This document shows, piece by piece, positions 24,898-37,140 of a stretch of 63,912 bases of DNA. The DNA lies in contig ML992512.1 in the NCBI GenBank assembly GCA_010093995.1, forward strand, positions 62,001 through 125,912, written 5' to 3'. The DNA comes from Elsinoe ampelina. Taxonomy: Eukaryota. Within the stretch, counting starts at the first letter, position 1; every line of letters begins with the position of its first letter. The position numbers and the translations under genes are program-made. The notes beneath the pieces are model-generated. The model made no database searches. It was not told the DNA's origin and saw nothing but the letters and a program-made list of their open reading frames with translations.

Positions 24898-26812
24898 ATG
24901 TCCAACGTTGCCCCTCCGCGACTCGCATCGCAGAATATCGCAACCCACGACGAAACGACACAAAGCACTTCCATTAGCAACCGTCCTTCTTACGAACAAG
25001 CTAGTACGGAGAATTCTCCTGTTGGCCCCGGACCAGCCAGGATACGCAAGAAGAGATCAAGCGCAAATGTGCAGAACGTAAACCAGAACAGAGGCTCGGC
25101 CTCCAATTCTGCGCTCGATGGCTCCTCGAAGGCCTCGCTGAGCACCAACTCGACACCGAACAAAGCAGTCAGGAAGGGCTCGCTGCGAAATGTCGTGCGC
25201 AAGATCTTTGGGAGGAAGGCTAAAGCGGCCGAAGAGGAAGAGAAGAATAGTACGCCGACCAAACCGCCATCGAGACATGGTTACACAACGAGTGTAAGTC
25301 ACCTAAGGTAGCTCTCTACAGACGCAGGCTGATCATGCATAGGATCCTGGAGTTCTTCGTCCAATACCGGAACAACCACCTCCTGCTGCACCACAGACCT
25401 TCGCCTCCGGTCTCAACTCCAACCCTCCTCAGCGCACACTTTCAGCTCCCCTAAAGCTTCTGGATCCTCCTGAGCTCAGACGCGCTCGCTCACCTTATGC
25501 CGTCGAGTTCCCGCAGAGCTCAAAGCTGAAGCCGTTGGACCTGGGGAATCCCTTCCATAAAGAGCAAAGAGAGCCTAGGAGGCGCGCTACACTCCCGAGC
25601 TTGATCATGGACGAGAAAGAAGCTGCCGTGCTTGCAAAGGCCATACAAGTCAGAAGCGATGATTACAAACCTGAGGAGTACGACGGCACGACAAATCCAT
25701 ACGATGATAGTGAGATTGGAGTGGCATTGTCTACACCTACAAGGAAGCAGTATCGTCGTTCAAGAAGTGCGGATGACTTGCGCCGAATGGTACAGAGTTT
25801 ACAGCCTGTCCGTGAGCGTACAGAAGAGATCAAGTATTGGCGACAGAGCACCGCTGGAAGTGTTTTGCGGCACCCCACGCCTGGGATGCTGGAGGACGAC
25901 GCCTCTGACCACAACGAGGAGCGAGTCGTGTCGCCTGTCTCTGAACGTCAGCACGATCCGTTTGTCGTTGACCAAGTGGACACCAATACGGGGAAAGTGT
26001 CGCCCATGCGGGATAGCCCCCTCATGAGCAGACCTGCCACGGCGCATCAAGACCAAGGATACGAGCTCGAGAACCGGGTGACAAGACTTGAAAATGGCTT
26101 AGCGACATTCCAGAATGCGTTGGAACGTCTCACAGCTCAATCGAATAGGCGGACTATCATTATTGACAACACGACCTCTCCGCGTGGCTCTCGAGAAAAC
26201 ACTCCTAGCATTCTGGTCAACAGCCTGCTTGATGCGGACTACACGCAGGGTGACTACAATCAACGCGAGTACACCTATTCGCCTGTTGCCGAGAATCCAT
26301 ACGCAGACCGCCATAGCCGCGACGACACTACACCTCAACCAGGTCAATCGCGTGGAGACTTTCACCCTTCACCGGGACGTACCTACACCGCCTTGTATAG
26401 CATCATCAACCACGAGAGAAGCGCCCGTCGTAATCTGGAAAGCGAAGTCCGCGCATTGCAGCAGAGCCTCTCGGACATGCAGTACCAGCTCTCTCGACCT
26501 CTGATCCGACAACCGACCTCTTCGTACATCCGTCATCCCCAAACAAACTCGAATTACGGCCCTCAAATGACACATTTCCGCGACCACAGTTACACCAGTA
26601 ATGCCCTCGATCCGAACATGCCTGGTCAGCGTCTGACCAGTCGCTTCAGTCTCTCCAACAGCTTGACCGACTCGGAGGCTGCACGTCTTCGCGAGGCCCG
26701 TGACGGCGATACTGAAGACGACACGGGCAAATCATTCGACTTGTACCAGACTCCAGCTGAAGAGCAGCGACAGCGTTTGTCCCAGCCCATTAGCGATGGC
26801 GGCATGTTTTGA
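24898..26812 (+). CDS. Uncharacterised low-complexity fungal protein with C-terminal coiled coils
   Basis: Intron 25294..25342 (GTAAGT..GCTGAT..TAG) joins ORFs 24898 and 25535 in frame. RRRATLP and RRSRSADDL phospho-motifs; heptads LENRVTRLE and ERSARRNLESEVRAL. Confidence 0.75.
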
Positions 26813-27302
26813 CGCACTTTCACGCAAGTGCCTTTCCGGCAGCTAGCAAGTGAGCTTTGGCTTCATCTTTCTCACAATTCGATTCAAGCAATCTTTTATT
26901 GAGGCTCAAGCGGTTGTTTCTTATGATACCCATGAAATGTACACTAGCATCTTTGCTGGCAATGTAGTCATGATAGGAACGGTAATGGATGGATGAATGA
27001 AAGTGGCATTGAGTGCAACTCGACTACCATTCTATACTGCTTTACCAATTCAGACGAATCATTAGTCCTTGATCTTGCAAATGGTCTAAAGTATACCCCA
27101 GCAAGTGGAACACGAGTGCATGAGAGAGCATGGACCGCGAAATCTTGGCATTTCATTCCCCCGGAAGCCGGCGAAACCAATTCCCCGCCCTCCCTCTCTC
27201 GAAACTTTCGCATCTCAGCTTCACCCATCGCAATCACCACCAACAACCAAACTCTCCACGCAGGATAACCACTTCTTTGCGTACCCACCACCTCAATCAA
27301 AC

Positions 27303-27757
27303 ATGGCACCTTCCACCGTACAGCCTTCCCCTCTCCCACCCCCCCCATCCCCTCTAACCCCGTTTCCCAGAAAACCGCCCGCCCCGCCAGCACCAAGTCC
27401 GGCAAGGGCAAACCCCAAAAATCCACCAAGAAATACATCATCAACGCCTCGCAGCCGACCAACGACAAGATCTTCGACCCCTCTGCCTTCGCCACCTTCC
27501 TGCAGCAACGCATCAAAGTCGAGGGCCGCACGGGCAACCTCGGGGACAACATTTCGGTCACGGACCTCAAGGACGGACGCATCGAGGTGGTGTCGCACCT
27601 GGAGTTCAGCGGGAGGTACCTCAAGTACCTCACGAAAAAGTTCCTCAAGAAGCAGCAGTTGAGGGATTGGTTGAGGGTTGTGAGCACGAGCAAGGGGGTT
27701 TATGAGTTGAGGTTTTATAATGTGGTGGGTGAGGGGGAGGAGGAGGATGATGAGTAG
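27303..27757 (+). CDS. RPL22: 60S ribosomal protein eL22
   Basis: Exon 1 MAPST, intron 27318..27370, then KKYIINASQP.NDKIFD..RIKVEGRTGNLG..FSGRYLKYLTKKFLKKQQLRDWLRVVS..YELRFYN and an acidic tail. Missed by the ORF track. Confidence 0.96.
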
Positions 27758-28055
27758 TGGGTCCGAGGAGGGAGGAGATGAGGAAAACGGAGTGTAGGCA
27801 TGTCTTCGCTGATGATGCTGATGTAGAAGGGACTGGTGGAATGGCAATACGCGTCTCCATCATGTCGGTGTCTTGCGTGACTTGTGTACGTGCGATGTGT
27901 GTATGCGTGTGTATGCGCCATATATGTATTGACTGAAGTGCAAAAGACGGTCGTTGATTCGTGATTCAAACACTATACAAAAGAAGCCGTGGTAGTAGTA
28001 TGGTAATCATGCAACGAGCGACCTTGTTCCTGGTTCAACACCTCGAAGAGGGAGA

Positions 28056-29935
28056 TCACTTCTTGTCCTCACCCTTCCGCTCTTCGTCCTCGGTCTTTGC
28101 CAAAGGACTCGACTCCACCTTCCTCTTCTCTGCACCAGCATCGAGCTCGTAGATGGGCGGCGTGCTGCCCTCAACTTCGCTGACGCCTATTCTGACTTTC
28201 CGGTCCACGCCGGCGAAGTACCCGTCTCCTTCTAGCTCCTCGACCCCCTTCTGCTCTGGACCTTCCATCTCGGGCAGGTACTTATATGCCTGAGCATGGT
28301 CGTGTTCCATCTCATGCACGCCGGTCTCGGTGCCGAGTTCGCCACTGTAGGAATGGTCATACTTGGGTCTTGCGGCGGCATTGGCAGCTTGCAGCTCGGA
28401 AGCAGCTTGTGTAAGCTCCTTCTCGCGTTTGAGCTCTTTCGTATTTCGCCTCTTCCTCCGGAGGCAGATGAAGATGGCTGCGGCTGCAATGGCGGCAACG
28501 GCGACGATGCCAGCCGCGATGCCGGCTTTTGCGCCTGTGGACATGCCACTCGAGGCTGATGCTGCTGCGGCTGCAGCGGCAAGTGCGGGCGAGAGGATGG
28601 CGCGTAGCGACTGCGTGGTGATACCGGTGTCCCATTTGCAAGGAGCGAGAGTAAAGTTGCCACGATCGTAATCCGCAATCAGATAGGCCTCTTGCAGGAA
28701 CGTACGGCCCAGTGTGTACTGTGTGACATTGTCACCGCGGCGGAGAGGGAAGTAGAACTGTGAGTCGCCAATTGCAGTCAATGGGTAGGAGACGTTCAGA
28801 TCGAAAGCCGAGTAAGGTAAAGTAATCGGAACAACTGCGCCTCCATTGACATTTGGAGACAAATTGAATGTGACCTGAGGGTTCTCTCTGACCAGGCGTG
28901 CGTGCAGAGTGGCACTGACGGGGTAACGGTTAAGTGTCGAGTTCCATGTAAGTCCAAAGGCACGCTCAAAGACCTCGCAGGCATCGAGCGGAAGATAGAT
29001 GTAAGGGATCGTGCTGTCGATAAAAGCCGGAAAGGAAGTGCCATACGTGGCCAGGTCTGTTTCGCCCGACTTCAGACCGATAGACTGTACGTTCACAAGC
29101 AGATCCCGGGAAACATCCTGGTAGAATGGGAAGCTGACATTGGAGGCTGTGAAACGAGATGCGTCGTAACCACCAAGGGTCAAAGAACCATAGACACCGT
29201 TCAGTCTGTAGCGATTGCCAGCAGTGTATGCGTATGACAAACTGGGAATCAAATTGCGGTCTTTCAGACGACTCATGAAGCTGGTCTGGGGGTTGTTGAT
29301 ATCGGTGAAGTTTGTGGCCTGGGGTTTCAACCCAAAGATTCCAAGCCAGTACGTTGTGCCAATGTACCAAGCAATGATCGCATTGTCGTCCGTAGGCCCT
29401 CCACTGCCTGACCAGCCCAGTGTCAGCTTGTCGAATCCAAAGCTACCGGATGCGGTATAGCCTAGGTTTTGGTTGAGCCCAAGCTGGAAGACATCCCTGC
29501 CTTTCCATGTCGAGGAGTCGTTCGAGGTAAAGAGAGCGCCTCGCTGGTCTGGGCACTGATCTGGATATGAAGCTGGACATCCTCGTGGCGCGACAACCCA
29601 ATTGTTGTATCCTGCCGTTGACGGCAATACTCGGACCACTTGTGGCGGCGTACCAACTTGAAGTGGGAAAGTCGACCTTGCATTGTCAGCGCATTCGAGC
29701 CTCCATGAGGCCGTGTCACCTACCATGCACCATCATTTCCCTCCCAGTACTGTGACGGCGCGAAGCTGATGGGTTCCGGGACATTCGTCGTGTTCGTCGC
29801 CCGGCGCAACAGCGATGGTAAAGTCGTCGACAGCTTTGCAGCCCTGAGTATCGATCCGGCGGATGCAGCGGAAACGTGAGCGAGAATCAGCAGGAAGAGC
29901 GTTGAAAGACCGCTGGGTCTGCTTTGATGCGCCAT
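28056..29935 (-). CDS. Type-I membrane pepsin-fold (A1 aspartic peptidase-like) protein, first catalytic Asp missing
   Basis: Signal peptide; intron 29723..29677 gives WEGNDGAWSTF. Motifs VGTPPQ, SLTLGGYD, FIDSTIPYIYLP and LGRTFLQEAYLIADY. TM segment AGIAAGIVAVAAIAAAAIFICL followed by RRKRR. Confidence 0.85.
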
Positions 29936-31071
29936 GTCGTCCGAGTCGGCCCTTGAGCCTGTTGTTATACAGGAGTTATCTGTCGGTGCGATACACCAGC
30001 ATGGCCGTCCAGAACTGCGCAGCAATGTCCCCGACCAGAGTTGTCCACCTTGAATCCTGGAAGACGGAAGGACTGAAGAGTGTGGTGAGAAATCAAGTCA
30101 GGCATCCCACCCTCTGAACATCTTGTCCCGCAGAAGCGCGGCCGAATGCTAGACCTGCGCCGAGGCCGTGTTAGATTGGATCGAGCAAAAAGGCAAACCA
30201 CGAGATTGGTCCAAGGTTGAGCTGCTGGCTGTCAGCCTCACCTAATCCTCTTTAGCCCCGTCCATCCCTCGATAAAGTGCGCCGCTCCTGCCATTCCGGT
30301 CGCGATGGATGCATCGAGCCAGTGGCGATCGTGCGGGTATCTCTGCAGCACAATGCAACCATTATTGTCGGGGACATGTGATCAGAGGATGGGTGGAAGT
30401 GCTCGAACCGTTTTCTCTTTTGGTGCTTCTGTACAGGTTCTTGTTCCTGGCCCGATGGTCTCTTGGTCCCAGCGTTCGTCCCGCCCGGCAAAAGTCAATT
30501 GGCAAAAACCTTGGCCTCCGCTTCCCAGCACGGGCCCTTCTATTCTGAGCATCTTCATCTCAATCTCGTACTTTGACTTTATCACAACCTCAGGCATGTC
30601 TTCTAACCTCGACTACAAAAGTATGCCCCGCGCTCGACTCTCGAACCTCAACATACTTTGTCTCGATTGGCAACAAGACGATTGGAAAGTCATGACGGCT
30701 CGCTGCGACCGTTTCGCACCGGACCTGCTCATGGACGGCCTTATGTCCATGTGAATGACTTTGGCCGCGTAATCGTATATGAATGCTCGACCATGTGCCT
30801 GGACACAAAATATGATCAGATACTAGCAAACAATTGATGTTGGTGAAAGTCGATGATGCTTTAAGCATCAAAAGCAAGGTATGTTCCGCTGTATTTCCCG
30901 CACAAGGTTAAAATCGCAATGTACATCACTCCATCTCATCTCCTTTTCTCTACCGACAGGAAGCAGCATAATCATGTATTTCCGTGGTGCAGAGTCTACG
31001 ACCAATTGTTCGTTACTCGCCTCTTCCAGAAAACTTGTCGTGCGGCCCTGAGCACCGCTATTGAGACCAGC

Positions 31072-32684
31072 ATGTCAGATCAGAGGGAGCACCATGTTCC
31101 TCCTCGCTCGGAGCTGCAAACGAAGAGTCAGAAGAAGAATGCCAAGCGAAGGGCTAAGAAGGCCGCTCAGCAGGCATCTGCCGTCGATGACAACGAGCAG
31201 TCCGAGCCGTCAATGGCGCCAATGCCAGCGGTGGACAGTAGGGTACCCTCCAGAGATGCGTCAATTTTTGGGACAGACTACGTCGAGGATGATGTCTTCA
31301 ACAATCCTTGGAGACTGGATGATTACACTAACGATGCCGATGTCAGCTCTCTGGATTTGAGTACCTTTGAAGAATCTCCCAAAAGTCAGGCTCAGCATGC
31401 CTCCGAGACTTTCGGCGAGAATGGCAACGACGACGGTACTTCAGCTGCACCCAAGAGCATGTACGAGCTGCGGAGAGACACCCCAGGCCAACTCGCTGTT
31501 CATGCCACGGGTTGTCTGCTAAGAGGACAGCGGATACTTTGCGAGAAGCCATTACACGTGTATAACCATCAATCGCCGGACCCATCAATCGAAGTACTTC
31601 GAGAAGTGCAGAAATTGCCCGACGACATCTTCAACCATTTCTCAAATCTAAGGTACAACGACCACTCCCATGCTGGCCGATTCCGAAAAGACTCGTCGAA
31701 TGTCCTACAACCCCAAGGCGTTGTAGAAGCGACAGATCTTGACGCCATCCAGGATCTCTCCGACTGTGAACAAGAGCTGCTAGAAATCTGGAAGGCCAAT
31801 AGACGGTTCATCGACCAGACACTCAATTGCGGCAGTATCGTGGCCGCTGAACTATCTAGATTCAGGCATTCATGTCGGCCCAATGCCGAGTATCATTGGA
31901 ACGAGGAAACAGGACACGTTACCTTGCACCTCACGAAAGGCGTCAGAAGAGGCGAAGAGATCACAATTTCATACTTGCACCCTGTTATGCTGGCTAGTGA
32001 CACCCGCAAAGACAAGTTGAAACACTACTTTGGCATAGCCTGCCAAATGCCTTGCTGCCAAAACACCAACCAGACCAACAGTCCTGCTGCAGTTGGACGG
32101 TATGAGCCGCTCGAGGCAAGCATCCTCAACTACCATGTCTTCAACCACACCGCCGAGCAAGCCGGTCTCCTCACAACCCTGGACAAATGCATTTCCTACT
32201 GCAACGCCCACCACCTAGCCTCCGCGGCCATCTCATAGTAAGCTATCCCCACTCCTCACGCTATCGCGCCTCGTCCCTGCATACCCCTCTGACAAACCCC
32301 AGCTACCTGTCCCGCGCCCGCACCTACGCCATCACCAACGACCTCCCACTCTCCCTCGACGACTACCAAGAAGCATATGACCTCGTCGTCTTGACCCACG
32401 GAGTCGAGCACCCCTTCGCACGCAAGCTCCTTGTCATGACAAGCTTACTCCTCGGCGCGCAGAACGATGCCACCAGATACCGGAATATCACAAGCCGATT
32501 CAGCTCGCCAAAGCACTTGCCCCCAATTTCCGGTGCACCGGAGGAGATACTGGAGGGATTGAGGGAGTTGCATAGACGGTGGAATGTCGAGCAGGGGTTG
32601 GCGACGCATGAGAAGGTGATGGAGACGCCGTGGGACGGGTCGGTGAGGGAGAGGCCGGTGTTGAGGAGGAAGTGGACTAGGTAA
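31072..32684 (+). CDS. SET-domain protein (SMYD/Set5-like architecture), divergent
   Basis: GQRILCEKP, SRFRHSCRPNA and GEEITISY. Intron 32238..32302 continues into a helical C-terminus (THGVEHP). Confidence 0.75.
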
Positions 32685-33097
32685 GTGACAAGGGAGTGAC
32701 TACAACAACGACAGTATACGGATGCGCATGCGGCGTGGATTATCTGCATCGACAGTCGAGCGGACAGGGTGAATAGACATTGGTAGAGTCATGATCGAGT
32801 GATCACATGACCCAGAACTCCCGATCCCACACATCACGAGACCACCAAACCACTTCTCAGCGTGCGCCCGTCATTCGCCGGTGTCACTACCGGAACATCC
32901 CAAGTCATCCACCTCACGACCACGTCAAATGCTCTTCTGCCTCACGCCTATCTCGCTCTCCTCCCATCTCTCCTTCCCTCTCTTCCTCCCTCCCTCCTCC
33001 TTCTTCCTCAAACAATGCCCCAATCCCATGCACCTCCTCCCACTTCTTAAACTCCTCCACTTCCTCCTCCTACGCATCGTCTCCCCCACCTTCCACA

Positions 33098-33415
33098 ATG
33101 GCGCAAGGCACCAAACGCTCCCCAAGCCCCTACCCCTCCCAACCACAGCCACGTTCCAAGAAAGTCCGCTTCCTCGAGGACGTACAGCCGTCGCAGATCA
33201 GGTTGACCGTCGTATTTGGCCCGAAGCGGGATCCGAAACTCACGATCCGTATCAAGATCGGGATCGATGAGGACCACAAGCCGACTGTAAAGGTGGATTT
33301 TGCGCGCGGGAAGAAGGGCGCGAGAGCGAGGTCCAGGTCGAGGACTCCGCCTGGGTCGGATGATGGGAGGGAAAAGAGGAGTGGTCGGGATAGAGGGAGG
33401 CAAGAGAGGGAGTAG
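33098..33415 (+). CDS. Small (105 aa) basic protein with KKVRF and RS motifs, unknown function
   Basis: CACAATGG start context after a pyrimidine-rich leader. Shows the same C-rich to G-rich gradient as neighbouring real genes. Confidence 0.5.
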   Translation: MAQGTKRSPSPYPSQPQPRSKKVRFLEDVQPSQIRLTVVFGPKRDPKLTIRIKIGIDEDHKPTVKVDFARGKKGARARSRSRTPPGSDDGREKRSGRDRGRQERE

Positions 33416-33445
33416 TACTTCCTCTGGCGTTTAGGGTGGGGTTCG

Positions 33446-35240
33446 TCATATGTCGAATACCGGACCGGTGGTTAGGCCGGGCAGACCTGCTGCGCGTTGG
33501 TCGACGAGGTCGAGTCGCCAGCCTCGCCATTGCTCTAGACCTCGTTTCACTTCTCGGATCCGCTCGATTCTCGCTTTCGCTTCTTCTTCTTGGGCGTTTC
33601 GGAATGCGTCTTCGTCGAAGCCATCTTCGCTGAGTAGGCCGAGACTTTGCTTTCGTCCTCTCGCGGCTGCACCTTCGCTTCCTCTCGCCACTCTAGGATT
33701 ATCTCTGCCGGTGAATGCTGAGATTCCGCTTTGGAGCACGTCGGAGAAGGTGCTGCTCTGTCGACCTGGGCCGAAACTTGGACGACTGCCATATGGATTA
33801 CTTCCGGACCCGTTCAGATCTACGTCTTCGTAGGTTCCAGAGCCGGCACTGTCTAGACCACCGTCGTCCATTCCTGGCTGCAGAGCGGCTCGCTTGTCTC
33901 GCCAGACGCCTCTTCGGAGCTCAAAGTTCTCGGCTTCGAGATCTCGGATCCGCGAATTCAACTTCTCTCGCTCTTCCTCCTCCAGATCCGACAGGTCTTC
34001 ACCTGCAGCATCGTTACGAGCTTGTGTCGCTGCCTTTACGCGAGCTTTGAGGTCTTTCACCTCCTTTTCTCGCGCGGCGTTTTGGGTAGAGGATTCGCGA
34101 TGGAGTTTGGTCAATGTTTCTATCTTGCTTTCGAGATTCGTCGCGCGGTTTGCAGCTGCATCTGCGGCTGCCTGGGCCGTTCTTAGACTGGATTCGAGGA
34201 CCGAGACCTTGCGTTGAAGAGCTTCTGGATCTGCCTCTGTGTTTGCGGGCTTCGCATCTGACGGACTGGACAGCGATTCTTTCAGCTTCTCGATCTCCGT
34301 TTGCAACGAGACGGACTTCTCCTCTGCTGCTGTTGCGCGCTGCTCAAGCGACTTGACGTTGGCTTCGTGAGACGATTTGTCTGACTCGAGAATGCTGTTC
34401 TGATACTTGAGATTGGACAATTCAAGCTCAAGCGACTCTATGGTTGAGGTTTTGGATGCCAATTGGGCGGTCAAATCACTCGGTACACCTGCGCTCGACT
34501 TTCGTCGATTTGAGGCTGCCTGCTGTGCTTGGGTCAATTGGCGTTGGGTGGAATTGAGTTCAGTTTTCTTTGGCATGTCAGCACAATAGATTAATGATAC
34601 CCCGAATACACATACCAGCTTTTCCAATTCAGCAGCTTGCTCGTTGGACTGCGCGACCTTGGACTTCAATGTCGCAACGTCATCACTGCCTTCCCTGAGC
34701 TGCTCGAGCTCCTCCTCCGTCTTCTTCAACTTTGTCTCAGCTAAACTCAGTGTCTCGACCTGCTTCTCCAACTCCTCTATGCGCGCTGCCTGCTTCCGAT
34801 ACAGCTCCTGCACCTCAGCTTCCGAGTCGACCGTCGGCAGACTTGGAGATCTATGCCCTCCCGAGGAAGCGGAGCCTTTACGGAACGATTCTGATCGCTG
34901 TCTGCTCTGTAGAGTCACAGATGGATTTCTTGTTGGTACCGGCTTTCCAGCGTCGTCCTTTGCTTCGTCTGCTTCATCGGCTGCTTCGTCGGGTCCGTTT
35001 TGTTTGGTTTCCTCCTCATCTTTGACCTCGGCATTATCTTCAGCTTTGGTAGTTACATCCTCAGATTTCTCTTCCTTCTTCTTGTTTCCAGCTTTCTTGC
35101 CCTTCTGTTGCTTTTTCTTGAGCTCTTCAAACTGTACAAATGTCAGGGGGAAGTAGAGCAGCAGGTCGCGACTATTTACATACGCGCTTCTTTGCTGCTG
35201 CTAGCTTCTCAGCCTTCTCCTTATCGTCAACATCCGCCAT
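33446..35240 (-). CDS. BUG1: Bug1/GM130-like cis-Golgi coiled-coil golgin
   Basis: Introns 35183..35132 and 34615..34568. N-terminus KAEKLAAAKKRFEELKKK (GM130/Bug1-type basic helix), long coiled coil, and C-terminal WRGWRLDLVD..GPVFDI (GRASP-binding-like hydrophobic end). Confidence 0.7.
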
Positions 35241-35543
35241 TCTTGCAATCAGAGTCGAAGTTGTGAATGATCAATGGCAATGATCATTTGCTCGGATCGG
35301 AGGTCATGCTGAAGGTCCGCGGGACGAACAGCTGTTCGCCAAGCAAAGCATCAGCCACCACCGCCACAATTCCATCCCCAACTTCACATGTTCAGCCACT
35401 CCGTCAGATGCATCTGATGAACATCGACATCATACAAGTATTTATAGCCATCTAGATTGCAATTGTCCCCACGCGGCGTCATGCTGTCGGTATGAAGTGC
35501 TCACGAGCACGGCCGATTTCTTAACACAAAGCACCCGTCTGTC

Positions 35544-36950
35544 ATGGCTAAAGGCAAGGCGAGCCGGAACGATAAGAAAAAGGCAGACTCGCCACAGTCA
35601 TCCAAAGACGCTCAAAGTCAGATCGAAGCAGACGATGCGTCAGGGGAAAGCTCGGTGTCTCTAAAGTTGCAACAGCATGTTCTCAACATCTTCCGTGACG
35701 CCTGCGCAGAGCCGCTTGGATCCGATCTGGAGCCGGTAATACAAAAGGTCAAGCAGCACTTGTACAATCGAGATTTTGCCGAGGCATTTGGATCTGATGC
35801 CCATCTCTGGGCTTATGCTGCACGATGGAGTCCCTCGCGAGCCTTAGCCTATCTGCAAATCTTTCAGGACATTGCGCCATTCATCACAGATGGAGAACGA
35901 ACGACCCCTGCTCCGAACAATGAGATGAGTTCGATGTCCCTGCGAGATCCGGATGGTGGCCCGAGGATCAACAACGCACTTCCGCCACCTTATACAAATG
36001 GAGCAGGGCCTTCGGATGCCGAGGCTAAGCGGGCGATTCTGGTCGAGAAGAAGTCAGGCGCGGTGATCGACAAGCCTCCTGGATATGATGAGGATGCTAC
36101 AGTTCCGGAATACGAGCACCCACCCTCGTACGGCGCTCATGTAGATATACCACAGCCAGTAGCAGAGGAAGTAAAGCCAGGTCTTCGCGTAGCTTGTCTC
36201 GGAGGAGGTGCAGGGGCTGAACTGGTGGCAAGTGCGGCATGGCTACGATTACACAGCTCTAGCATACACGAAGATGCAGAGCCTGAAGCCGAAGAGCACA
36301 CAATCGATTCAGACAGTCTGGACGTGTGCTGTGTCGACATTGCAAATTGGGCAAGCGTTGTTCTCAGATTGGATGAAGCGATCAAGAAACCGCCAACGAT
36401 AACGAAGTACGCATCGACAGCAGCGAAGGCCGCCAACACATCACTCCTGCCACCGGAAAGCATGACCTCAAAGTCGATTCAACAAGACCTTCTCGATGCA
36501 AATCTGGATTGCATACGTCCTCTCTTCCAAACATCCGATCTGGTTACGATGATGTTCACTCTGAATGAGTTGTATTCGACCTCAGTATCCAAAACACAGC
36601 GACTTCTATTTGAGCTTACAGTCGCCACATCCCCAGGCACATTGTTCCTCGTTGTGGACAGTCCTGGCAGTTACTCCACTGTCACCTTGAATGGCACTGA
36701 GAAGAAGTATCCAATGCAGTGGCTACTGGACCACACACTGCTCGAAGCTTCGCGGAACACTCGCATTTTGCCGAGGGGTAAGCACTGGCAGAAAGTGCTA
36801 AGTGATGACTCTCGCTGGTTCAGGCTACCCAAAGGCCTGCAGTATCCGATCGAGCTGGAAAATATGCGGTACCAAATTCATCTGTACCGGCGATTAGGAG
36901 TAGGAGAAGATTCAACCACGCCAGGTCCGAGTCTCCGAGTTGCACGGTGA
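35544..36950 (+). CDS. BMT6: 25S rRNA uridine-N3 methyltransferase (DUF3115/Bmt6 family)
   Basis: YAARWSPSRALAY, CLGGGAGAE, VDIANW, FTLNELY, VVDSPGSYS, KYPMQWLLD and YPIELENMRYQ. Confidence 0.82.
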   Translation: MAKGKASRNDKKKADSPQSSKDAQSQIEADDASGESSVSLKLQQHVLNIFRDACAEPLGSDLEPVIQKVKQHLYNRDFAEAFGSDAHLWAYAARWSPSRALAYLQIFQDIAPFITDGERTTPAPNNEMSSMSLRDPDGGPRINNALPPPYTNGAGPSDAEAKRAILVEKKSGAVIDKPPGYDEDATVPEYEHPPSYGAHVDIPQPVAEEVKPGLRVACLGGGAGAELVASAAWLRLHSSSIHEDAEPEAEEHTIDSDSLDVCCVDIANWASVVLRLDEAIKKPPTITKYASTAAKAANTSLLPPESMTSKSIQQDLLDANLDCIRPLFQTSDLVTMMFTLNELYSTSVSKTQRLLFELTVATSPGTLFLVVDSPGSYSTVTLNGTEKKYPMQWLLDHTLLEASRNTRILPRGKHWQKVLSDDSRWFRLPKGLQYPIELENMRYQIHLYRRLGVGEDSTTPGPSLRVAR

Positions 36951-37140
36951 AGGCGCCCAGAGGAAGCTTACCCTCGAAGCAAATAGGATCATGTAATAAC
37001 CTTGTACGATAGGGTATCCAGTAACGCGAACAAGATGCTATGACCCCTCTCGTTACCCATCCAGCTGATTCCAACCCAACGCCTCGCATGAAGACACACC
37101 AATCCTGACCCCAACCATTGACTGCCACTGCCCTTGTCCC

